Source of the DNA: Cereibacter sphaeroides 2.4.1
GTDB taxonomy: Bacteria; Pseudomonadota; Alphaproteobacteria; Rhodobacterales; Rhodobacteraceae
Direction of reading: 5' to 3'
Assembly: GCF_000012905.2 (NCBI RefSeq)
Contig: NC_007494.2
Span: forward strand, 900,001 to 932,000
Length of the DNA stretch: 32,000 nt
Of the stretch, positions 14,775-21,843 are shown in pieces (position 1 is the stretch's first letter; every line of letters starts with the position of its first letter). Both the position numbers and the translations under genes were made by a program. The notes below the pieces were generated by a model. It was not told the origin of the DNA. It ran no database searches and worked only from the letters and a program-made list of their open reading frames with translations.

Positions 14775-15035
14775 TCATGCGAGGACGGCCCATGTCGCGA
14801 GGACGTAGACGAGCGCATAGGCAAGCGCGGCCACGATCAGCCACCAGCCGGACGGCAGGCGACGCTCCTGCGGCTCTGGGCTCTTGTGATGCGCCTCGTA
14901 GTGCTCGATCAGGGAAGAATACTTCATGGCTTTTCCTTGCAGATGCCGATGCTTATCCGTCAGGCCCTTGGATGAGGCGCGGCTGGCCCGCACCTCGTAG
15001 AAGCGCCTAGTGATGTGCCAGCAGACCCGGATCAT
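14775..15035 (-). CDS. Small protein with a C-terminal transmembrane helix
   Basis: 86 aa (WWLIVAALAYALVYVLATWAVLA). ATGA coupling to the upstream gene and high GC3 through the N-terminal part. An alternative start at 14927 (MKYSS, AAGGAA ribosome-binding site) gives 50 aa. Confidence 0.5.
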   Translation of the reverse strand: MIRVCWHITRRFYEVRASRASSKGLTDKHRHLQGKAMKYSSLIEHYEAHHKSPEPQERRLPSGWWLIVAALAYALVYVLATWAVLA

Positions 15036-15373
15036 GGCTGGCGGCTTTCCATCCGGGAGAAGACCACCTCCGCGCCCGCGATCATCATCACGGCGGTGAC
15101 GTAGCGGAGGGACGCATCGTGGTCCTCGCGCAGCCAGTTGCGCACCTGCCGGGTGCTCACCCCCAGCACGGGCGCTGCGCGCTCGGCCAGTTCAGCCTCA
15201 GAGTTGGCCGGAAAGGCTCGGCGCAGCAGGTTCGAAAACCATTTTCGGCTCGTTCTGGCGTGCTCGTCCGAATTGGCAGGATTTTTCCGCATGTTCGCTC
15301 CATCTTGTGCCTTGGCGAGAGGCTTTGATGACGAAGCGATTTCATGACGGGCGAAGGGGGCGGCGTAGGTCAT
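15032..15373 (-). CDS. HTH regulatory protein (113 aa), second gene of the Cro-side operon
   Basis: The start ATG shares one nucleotide with the Cro-like stop (TGATG), and a GGGGG ribosome-binding site lies upstream. HTH segment: LGVSTRQVRNWLRE. Confidence 0.55.
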   Translation of the reverse strand: MTYAAPFARHEIASSSKPLAKAQDGANMRKNPANSDEHARTSRKWFSNLLRRAFPANSEAELAERAAPVLGVSTRQVRNWLREDHDASLRYVTAVMMIAGAEVVFSRMESRQP

Positions 15374-15609
15374 CACGCTGCCCCCTTTGCTTCTTCCTGA
15401 GAGACCAGCCCATGACCGGTAGCGGTCATCTCGGCGCCCGCCATGTGGGCGCGCAGGCGATCCACAACCTTCATGGTCGGGCTGGACTTGCCGTCCTTCC
15501 AGTCCTGCCATTGTCCCCACTTCGCGTTGATGGCCTCGCGCAACAGCTTCTGCGGACTGATCCCGCACGCCGCGCAATGGGCCTCGATGTCTGAGATGAG
15601 CTGTTCCAT
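15373..15609 (-). CDS. Cro/YdaS-like HTH regulator (78 aa)
   Basis: It is divergent from the cI-like gene across an operator-rich 85-bp region. HTH-like segment: CGISPQKLLREAINAKWGQWQDWKDGKSSPTMKVVDRL. Confidence 0.6.
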   Translation of the reverse strand: MEQLISDIEAHCAACGISPQKLLREAINAKWGQWQDWKDGKSSPTMKVVDRLRAHMAGAEMTATGHGLVSQEEAKGAA

Positions 15610-15616
15610 GGCGGGC

Positions 15617-15692
15617 AATATGGGGGAACTCCCCCATATTGGCAAGGGGAACTTCCCCATGGAACGGAGCTGGGGTATGGGGCACTTTCCCC
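15617..15692. promoter_or_regulatory. Right operator region: three copies of an ATGGGGGAACTCCCCCAT-type palindrome plus a Cro-side promoter
   Basis: Perfect 11-2-11 palindrome AATATGGGGGA-AC-TCCCCCATATT at 15617-15640. GGGGAACTTCCCC is at 15646-15658 and GGGGCACTTTCCCC at 15679-15692. On the minus strand: TTGCCA (15645-15640), 17 nt, CATATT (15622-15617), 7 nt, then the ATG. Confidence 0.65.
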
Positions 15693-15694
15693 AC

Positions 15695-16363
15695 ATGCAG
15701 AAAAAGACCCTGGACGCCTTCGTGCGTGGCCTGCAGATCGTCATGGAGGCTGAGGGCATCAAGATGAAGCCGCTCTCGGTAGCTGCAGGCATGGGCGAGT
15801 CTGGCGTGCGAGATCTGATCCGCAACGAGTCATCGCCTAAGGTCGCCAACGCCTACGCCCTGGCCAGAGAGCTTGGGCGAACGGTCGATGAGATCATTCA
15901 GATCGGCATGACGGGAGATCTGAATGCGCGTCCGGCTCACGCGCCCATTGCGGTGGCGGGCTGCGTGGGTGCGGGTGCGCGGGTTGACCTCCTAGACGCC
16001 TACGAGAAGGGCGATGGAATGTACCACGTCGCCCGCCCCCCGCAGCTGAAGCCACACGGCATAGTTGCGGTAGAGGTCAAGGGAGAGAGCATGATGCCGC
16101 TCTATCGCCCTGGATCGGTGCTCTTCTACACGCGCGCCGCCGCAGAGGGCGTGCCGGTCGAGGCGCTCAACACCCCTTGTGTCTGCGAGGACGCTGACGG
16201 AAGGGCATGGCTCAAGGTTGTCAAGGTGGGTAGCCAGGAGGGCACTTTCAGCCTCCTGTCGCTGAACCCGGATGCAGACAACATGCACGGCGTCCGGTTG
16301 AAGTGGGCAGCGCCTGTGCTGCTGACGCTTTCGCCCGATTATGTGGAGCGGGTCTACGTCTGA
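15695..16363 (+). CDS. cI/LexA-like prophage repressor (N-terminal XRE HTH plus C-terminal S24 peptidase)
   Basis: HTH segment LSVAAGMGESGVRDLIRN. Hinge IAVAGCVGAG containing Ala-Gly. S24 Ser motif VKGESMMP and a Lys in WLKVVKVG. An alternative start at 15677 follows a GGAG with a 7-nt spacer. Confidence 0.85.
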   Translation: MQKKTLDAFVRGLQIVMEAEGIKMKPLSVAAGMGESGVRDLIRNESSPKVANAYALARELGRTVDEIIQIGMTGDLNARPAHAPIAVAGCVGAGARVDLLDAYEKGDGMYHVARPPQLKPHGIVAVEVKGESMMPLYRPGSVLFYTRAAAEGVPVEALNTPCVCEDADGRAWLKVVKVGSQEGTFSLLSLNPDADNMHGVRLKWAAPVLLTLSPDYVERVYV

Positions 16364-16422
16364 TGGCGCTTGGTCGTCAGGCCGTCTGCTTCGCTCCGTC
16401 ATAAAGCACAATTCACTTTCCG

Positions 16423-16439
16423 CCCGCCTCCGCGGGTTT
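16423..16439 (+). terminator. Small candidate terminator after the repressor gene
   Basis: CCCGC-CTCC-GCGGG followed by TTTC, about 60 nt after the stop. Confidence 0.35.
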
Positions 16440-16521
16440 CGGGGTGCCCGGCTTTAGAGCCGTCCTTTACCCGCCGGCAGTGGGAGCCGATGGGGAGGCC
16501 GGCACGATTCTGCATGCAAGT

Positions 16522-16573
16522 GGGGGTAAATCCCCATTAGAGCGTTGACATGGGGAAACTCCCCCAATAGCTT
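16522..16573 (+). promoter_or_regulatory. Left operator region plus the early plus-strand promoter
   Basis: TTGACA (16545-16550), 17 nt, TAGCTT (16568-16573). The operator copy TGGGGAAACTCCCCCA fills the spacer. A second copy, GGGGGTAAATCCCC, is at 16522-16535. Confidence 0.55.
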
Positions 16574-16719
16574 CTCGTCAGACGGCCGATCCTTGACCGT
16601 GCATTTGACGGGAGACTGCCCATGATCCTCCAGCCGCTGGCTTGGGCCAGCCTGCTCGCCAACGCCAGGGCGCGCCTGTGCCCCTCTGGCAACCGCTACC
16701 ACATTGCGGAGGGCCGGCC

Positions 16720-16917
16720 ATGACCGCCACCGCCATCCGCTACCCGGCCTCGACGCCGGTTGGCCGCTTCGCTCTCCTCGACCTGACCGAGCCGCAGCTG
16801 CGCCGGCTGCTCGCCGCGGCCGAGGCAGGGCTCCCGCAACTCGACACTGCCGATGAGGAGCCCGGGGCCGAGGTCGACACCATCCTCGCCCAGGCGCGGG
16901 AGGCGCTCGAACAATGA
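16720..16917 (+). CDS. Small acidic hypothetical protein (65 aa)
   Basis: GGAGGG ribosome-binding site 6 nt upstream of the ATG at 16720. ATGA coupling to the next gene. Confidence 0.5.
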   Translation: MTATAIRYPASTPVGRFALLDLTEPQLRRLLAAAEAGLPQLDTADEEPGAEVDTILAQAREALEQ

Positions 16918-17246
16918 AACAGGATCTTCCCCTCTCGCCCCGCGCCCTCAACATGGCTCGGCATCACGCCGAGCACGCGCCTACGCCCGAGATCCGCGAG
17001 GCCGCCAGCCGCCTTCTGACGGATCACGAGCTGGCCATCGCCATGGGCCGCCCGCTGCACCGTGCGGTGCCGCGGCCGACCTTCCGGACGAGCAGGCCCA
17101 GCCCGCTCGGGCCGAACCTGACCGGCTTGCTCTTGGGGGCGCTGGCGCTCCTGGGCTTCCTCTTCGTCGCCACCGTGCTCTGGGCCCACGCCACCGACGT
17201 TGCCGCGACCATGCGCGCGCAGGCCGCGGCCATGCGGGGCATGTGA
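16914..17246 (+). CDS. Hypothetical protein with a C-terminal transmembrane helix (110 aa)
   Basis: LTGLLLGALALLGFLFVATVLW hydrophobic segment. Translationally coupled. Confidence 0.55.
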   Translation: MKQDLPLSPRALNMARHHAEHAPTPEIREAASRLLTDHELAIAMGRPLHRAVPRPTFRTSRPSPLGPNLTGLLLGALALLGFLFVATVLWAHATDVAATMRAQAAAMRGM

Positions 17247-17248
17247 GC

Positions 17249-17368
17249 ATGGAACTCGGTTTCTACCGCACCGAGGGCGGCACCGGCTGGGCGGCCTACG
17301 AGAAGAAGACGGGCCGCGCCTGGCGCGTGCTCGCCTCCGAGGTTCCCGAGATCCTGCGCACCTCATGA
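17249..17368 (+). CDS. Very small hypothetical protein (39 aa)
   Basis: GC3 is very high (about 35 of 39 codons). It starts 3 nt after the previous stop. Confidence 0.35.
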   Translation: MELGFYRTEGGTGWAAYEKKTGRAWRVLASEVPEILRTS

Positions 17369-17427
17369 CGCGGCTGCAGCTCGGCCGTCCCGCCCGGGGC
17401 GGCTCCATGTGCAGCCGAGAGGAGCAG

Positions 17428-17838
17428 ATGAACGCCTTACCGAACCCGCAACCCGCGCCGCCGCCCGAAAGGAAACCCATGAGCGAACTGCGCACCCTCG
17501 ATCAGATCATCTCGCTGGCCGACAACGGCCAGTATCAGCCGCTGCTGCTGCAGGAGAATGACGACCTGATCTCCGAGATCGTCAACTTCAGCCAGGCCTA
17601 CGGCACGAAGGCGGGCGGCAAGCTGCAGATCACCATCAGCTACACGACCGACCGCTTCGGCCAGATCGATCTGGCGATCGAGCACAAGGTCACGAAGCCC
17701 AGGACGCCCAAGGCGAAAGCCACCGCATGGACCGCCGACGGCGGCGGGCTGACCATCGCGAACCCCAACCAGTCGCGAATGGAGATCCGTGAGGTTGCCG
17801 GCCGGCGCCAGCTGCGCACGCCCGGCGCGGACGAGTAA
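17428..17838 (+). CDS. Hypothetical phage protein preceding the DUF2303 gene
   Basis: 136 aa from the ATG at 17428. An alternative start at 17479 (MSELRTLD) follows AAGGAA. No family was recognised. Confidence 0.55.
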   Translation: MNALPNPQPAPPPERKPMSELRTLDQIISLADNGQYQPLLLQENDDLISEIVNFSQAYGTKAGGKLQITISYTTDRFGQIDLAIEHKVTKPRTPKAKATAWTADGGGLTIANPNQSRMEIREVAGRRQLRTPGADE

Positions 17839-17856
17839 CCCCGAGAAGGACAGAAA

Positions 17857-18843
17857 ATGGACGAGAACACCGCGAAGAACGTGCTCGAGACGGCGCTGGA
17901 CGAGGTGCTGCCGAAGATGGCGCAGCCGGTCGAGATCCTGAACCACCTGCCGGGTGCTGCGCCCGCCGCCTCGCACTACGCCATCCCCGACGACATGCGC
18001 CACGTCGATCTGACGGAGGCGGTCGACCGGCTGGCGACGAAGCTCCAGCCGTGGCGCCGCGCGGGCACGGCGAAGCTGCAGGATCTGGCCAGCCTCATCG
18101 CCTGGGCGAACCGGCACAAGGGCGAGACCTCGGCCCTCTTCGCCGACATCGGCGCGGCGCCGAGCCTCACCTGCATCGCCGATTACATGGGTGCGGGCGC
18201 GCCGGTCATGGATCACGAGACCCGCGATCCGAAGGCCAGCCATTGCCGGCACCGGGCGCTCTATACCTTCCCGATGTCGAAGGAATGGAAGCTCTGGACC
18301 GGCGTCAACAACAAGGCGCTCGACAAGGCCGAGTTCGGCGAGTTCATCGAGGCCAACGCGAAGGATCTGCTCGACCCGACGCCGAACCTCCTGAACGGCC
18401 ATATCGGCGCGGCAAATGTCGAGCCGTGGGAGGTCCGCATGATCGAGGTCGCACGCCAGCTGAACGGGCGCTTCGGCCAGTATCAGACGCTGGTGCAGCT
18501 CTCGCGCAGCTTCCAGGTGCACGAGGTCAGCAACCTGACCGCCACCCTGAACCGCGACACGGGCGAGACCTCGATCCAGTTCATCAACGAGCATCGCGAG
18601 CCGGACGGCCAGCCGCTGAAGATCCCGAACCTGTTCATGATCGCGATCCCGATCTTCGACCGCGGCGCGGCCTATCGCATCCCAGTCCGCTTCCGCTACC
18701 GCAAGGCGGGGTCCGAGGTGAAGTTCATCCTCTCGCTCCACAACGCGGAGATCGCCCTCGAAGACGCCATCGAGGAGGCGCTCCACGAGGCGACGGAGGC
18801 CACCGGCCTGCCGCTGTTCCGCGGCGAGCCCGAGAGGGCCTGA
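17857..18843 (+). CDS. DUF2303 (YfdQ-like) family protein
   Basis: 328 aa. The pattern RRAGTAKLQDLASLIAWANRHK...LFAD......IADY......H.A.Y.FPMSKEWKLW...N...L.KAEFGEFIE.NA.DL matches the YfdQ family as remembered. Confidence 0.65.
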   Translation: MDENTAKNVLETALDEVLPKMAQPVEILNHLPGAAPAASHYAIPDDMRHVDLTEAVDRLATKLQPWRRAGTAKLQDLASLIAWANRHKGETSALFADIGAAPSLTCIADYMGAGAPVMDHETRDPKASHCRHRALYTFPMSKEWKLWTGVNNKALDKAEFGEFIEANAKDLLDPTPNLLNGHIGAANVEPWEVRMIEVARQLNGRFGQYQTLVQLSRSFQVHEVSNLTATLNRDTGETSIQFINEHREPDGQPLKIPNLFMIAIPIFDRGAAYRIPVRFRYRKAGSEVKFILSLHNAEIALEDAIEEALHEATEATGLPLFRGEPERA

Positions 18844-18939
18844 CGCGACCCCGGCGCGGCGGGCAATCCGCGCACCCTCCCGTTGCAACTCCCCGGCCTG
18901 CGGGCCGGGGCCTCTTCCTCCGAGGATACAGGAGCCCCC

Positions 18940-19092
18940 ATGACCCTCATCCCCGCCACCGATCTCCTCCTGCACCAGCTCCACCAGGAGATCGTCCGCC
19001 AAGCCCGCCGCCCGCACTGCCGCTGCCTCGGCGCCGACGATGACTGCGCCTGCCATGGCGCCAGACCGGGGGCCGGCCATGAGCGCGGGTGA
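18940..19092 (+). CDS. Small Cys-rich hypothetical protein (50 aa)
   Basis: GGAG ribosome-binding site with a 5-nt spacer. CRC...CAC motif. High GC3. Confidence 0.45.
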   Translation: MTLIPATDLLLHQLHQEIVRQARRPHCRCLGADDDCACHGARPGAGHERG

Positions 19093-19288
19093 GATGACGA
19101 AGGAGCAATTCGTCGAGGCCTTCGTGGCGCGGTGTGTCTCGGTCGCCGGCCCGACCTTCGACGATGGCTCATCCATCGCCGATTACGCCCGCGAGGTGGC
19201 GCCCAGCTACTGGGCCGATGACCACCAGCGCGAGGATGGCCCGGAAGCCTGTGCCGACGCCGACATGTCGTATTGGGGCGAGGACTGA
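19079..19288 (+). CDS. Small acidic hypothetical protein (69 aa)
   Basis: It overlaps the previous gene's end by 14 nt. High GC3. An alternative ATG is at 19094. Confidence 0.5.
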   Translation: MSAGEMTKEQFVEAFVARCVSVAGPTFDDGSSIADYAREVAPSYWADDHQREDGPEACADADMSYWGED

Positions 19289-19290
19289 GC

Positions 19291-19494
19291 ATGCTCGATC
19301 ATGACCAGATCGACACCTTCGCGCGCGACGAGATCCTCTCCGCGTGGTCCGACGCCATCGCCGCCGTGTCCCCGCATCTGCCGGGCGGCCAGCCCATGCC
19401 CCTTGACCGGATCGGCATCGCCCGGCGGATCGCACAGCGTCTCGGCTGTACGACCGGGCGCGTGTTCGAGGTGGTGGGGGCAGAGCATGGCTGA
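19291..19494 (+). CDS. Small hypothetical protein (67 aa)
   Basis: GAGGA ribosome-binding site 6 nt upstream. It overlaps the next gene by 8 nt. Confidence 0.5.
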   Translation: MLDHDQIDTFARDEILSAWSDAIAAVSPHLPGGQPMPLDRIGIARRIAQRLGCTTGRVFEVVGAEHG

Positions 19495-20596
19495 GACCAG
19501 CACCATCGAATGGACCGACGCGACATGGAACCCGATCACGGGCTGCACGCTCGCTTCGCCCGGCTGCCAGTTCTGCTATGCGGCCGATCTCGCGGCAACG
19601 CGCCTGTCCCAGCACCCGAGCCGTGCGGGGCTGGCCCGGCGCAACGCGGCCGGAGTCGCCGCCTGGACGGGCGAGGTCCGCCTCAATGAGCAATGGCTCG
19701 AGCAGCCGCTGCGCTGGAAGCGCCCGCGCAGGATCTTCGTCTGCGCCCATGCCGACCTGTTCCACGAAGCGGTGCCGGACGAGTGGATCGACCGGGTGTT
19801 CGCGGTCATGGCGCTGGCCCCGCAGCACACGTTTCAGGTGCTGACCAAGCGGGCGGCGCGGATGCGGGGGTATGTATCGAAGCTCGACATCTACGCTCTG
19901 GAGGAGGCCGACGAGTGGCGGGACGCTGACCATCGCGTGGCGTGTGACGACGATCCGAACGGCAGCCCGGCATGGCATGCGCAGACCGCAGCGCTCGAGG
20001 ACGCTCTTTCCGCTGCGCGCACCTGCCTCGAGGCAGGAAAGCCCCTTCCAAACGTCTGGCTTGGCGTCTCGGCCGAGGATCAGCAGCGGGCGGATGAGCG
20101 GATCCCGGACCTGCTCGCTACGTCCGCAGCGGTGCGGTTCGGGAGTTTCGAACCGCTGCTCGGGCCGATGGATGTGGCATGGGCGCTGGGACACCCCTTC
20201 GGCATCGCTGCCGGGTTCTTGCAGCGCGGTCATTTCAGCCCGGGCGCAGAAAAGCTGCGCGGCCTCGACTGGATCATCGTCGGGGGGGAGAGCGGGCGCC
20301 ACGCGCGGCCGATGCATCCGGCTTGGGCACGTTCCCTACGGGATCAGGCGCAGGCCGCGGGCGTGCCGTTCCTGTTCAAGCAGTGGGGGGAGTGGGCGCG
20401 GGCAGACAAGCTGCTCCCCGGACATCCGGGCGACGTGACCTATTGGCCGGACGGCTCGATCGGCGCCGGAAACGCGAACGACAATGGCGGCCCGGGCTGG
20501 TCGCTTCGGCGTGTTGGCAAGCGGGCCGCCGGCCGCCGCCTCGACGGCCGCACTTGGGACGAGATGCCGGAGCTGGCGCATGCCCATCTGTCCTGA
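19487..20596 (+). CDS. Phage Gp37/Gp68 family protein (PF07505/DUF5131-like) with an N-terminal three-Cys motif
   Basis: STIEWTDATWNPITGCTLASPGCQFCYA; WKRPRRIFVCAHADLFHE; FQVLTKR; ADERIPDLL....VRFGSFEPLLGP; WIIVGGESG..ARPMHP.WARSLRDQ...AGVPFLFKQWG. Confidence 0.8.
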   Translation: MAETSTIEWTDATWNPITGCTLASPGCQFCYAADLAATRLSQHPSRAGLARRNAAGVAAWTGEVRLNEQWLEQPLRWKRPRRIFVCAHADLFHEAVPDEWIDRVFAVMALAPQHTFQVLTKRAARMRGYVSKLDIYALEEADEWRDADHRVACDDDPNGSPAWHAQTAALEDALSAARTCLEAGKPLPNVWLGVSAEDQQRADERIPDLLATSAAVRFGSFEPLLGPMDVAWALGHPFGIAAGFLQRGHFSPGAEKLRGLDWIIVGGESGRHARPMHPAWARSLRDQAQAAGVPFLFKQWGEWARADKLLPGHPGDVTYWPDGSIGAGNANDNGGPGWSLRRVGKRAAGRRLDGRTWDEMPELAHAHLS

Positions 20597-20840
20597 CCGG
20601 CCGCGCCCCTTCACCTGCGCGATCTGCGGACAGCACCGCGACTACCGCTGGCCGGGACCGGTGCAGACGTGGCCGGTGGAACCGGTCTGCCGCTGGTGCG
20701 AGCAGACCTTCGGGTCCGTCGTTCCCGCGCCCGGGACTTTCCGGGACCGGCGGCTTCTCTCTGTGTTCTCCGCGCTCGCGGAGGCCCTGCACACCGAGGC
20801 GGCCCACCAGCACTACAGGAGGCACTATGGAACCGCGTGA
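20580..20840 (+). CDS. Small zinc-ribbon-like hypothetical protein (86 aa)
   Basis: CAIC...CRWC pairs. GGAG ribosome-binding site with a 7-nt spacer. It overlaps the previous gene by 17 nt. Confidence 0.45.
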   Translation: MPICPDRPRPFTCAICGQHRDYRWPGPVQTWPVEPVCRWCEQTFGSVVPAPGTFRDRRLLSVFSALAEALHTEAAHQHYRRHYGTA

Positions 20841-21081
20841 TTACGCCTCGACCCCCGTAGCCGACAGCCTCGGGTTGCATGGCATGATCTCCGGCCTTGC
20901 CGAGGATCTGCGCGACATGCGTGCGGGCAAGATCAGCCCGGCCGATGGGCTCGCCCGCGCCGCCGTGGCGAAGCAGATCTTCAACGGGGTCCGCCTCTAT
21001 CTGACGGCGGTGAAGACGCTCGAGGCTCCGGCACGGGGCCGGCAGGAGCCCCAAGTGATCGAGGGGCACGCCAATGGCTGA
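20827..21081 (+). CDS. Hypothetical protein (84 aa)
   Basis: AGGAGG ribosome-binding site 4 nt upstream of the ATG at 20827. Confidence 0.5.
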   Translation: MEPRDYASTPVADSLGLHGMISGLAEDLRDMRAGKISPADGLARAAVAKQIFNGVRLYLTAVKTLEAPARGRQEPQVIEGHANG

Positions 21082-21538
21082 GAACAGCACCCGGCAGGGA
21101 CGGAGGACGGACGTGCCCGCTGCGAGCGCAGGGACGGCTCCCCCTGCGACCGGGTTCGCGCAGGATACAGGCGCGGTTGCAGGCGGCAAGCCACGGCGGA
21201 TCCAGCTTTCCCGCGCGAAAGGATGGCGGATGCCGCCCGGCGCCGTGAAGGTTGATCGCTCGACCAAGTGGGGCAACCCGTTTGTGGTCAACCACCCGGG
21301 CGGCGCGCTGGAAAAGCCGATGGACCCGGCGCTTGCCGTCCAGTCGTTTCGGATGCTGCTCGAGAAGGAAGGCTGCTGGTCACCAGTTCCCTTGCCGTGG
21401 CCGAAGGGGAAGATCCCGGCGCAATGGACCACCGTTGAGGATGTGATCCGCGAACTGCGCGGCAAAGACCTCGCCTGCTGGTGCCAGCCCGGTGCGCCCT
21501 GTCATGCCGACGTGCTGCTGGAGATCGCCAATGGCTGA
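21074..21538 (+). CDS. DUF4326 domain protein
   Basis: STKWGNPF ... LRGKDLACWCQPGAPCHADVLLEIANG is the DUF4326 signature. Confidence 0.7.
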   Translation: MAENSTRQGRRTDVPAASAGTAPPATGFAQDTGAVAGGKPRRIQLSRAKGWRMPPGAVKVDRSTKWGNPFVVNHPGGALEKPMDPALAVQSFRMLLEKEGCWSPVPLPWPKGKIPAQWTTVEDVIRELRGKDLACWCQPGAPCHADVLLEIANG

Positions 21539-21843
21539 TCCTTGGGTAATTTGTCCGGCTTTTGATTCAATCGAAAGTGGTAGCGTTTACTTAACCAATA
21601 TTGGTGCATACATGCACTATCGAGCAAATAAACTCATCAACTTACTGAACATCCCACTCGCCCCCGCAGGATCGGCAGCACCCGCCTGCGCTACTAGCCT
21701 GTGCTTGCGCCCAAGGGCGCGAGGGGTCATCCGCGCCGGACATGCAAGACCTGTAGGTCGTCCGGCCCCCAGGCATAGCAGCCTCCCCACATCTGCGGGC
21801 AACGTGTCGCCTGCCGCCTTGCGGTACCTGCCGGAGGTGCAGC

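Noticed and set aside
14635-14844. 69-aa ORF in the gap between the small membrane protein gene and the DUF1937 gene
   Set aside because: It overlaps the ends of both neighbouring genes, has Ala/Pro/Gly-rich composition, and contains the terminator-like hairpin. It is more likely non-coding.
14951-14959. DnaA-box-like TTATCCGTC, and a general search for TTATCCACA boxes near the replication genes
   Set aside because: There is only a single 7-of-9 match, and it lies inside a coding region. No cluster was found, which is insufficient to call a DnaA-box origin.
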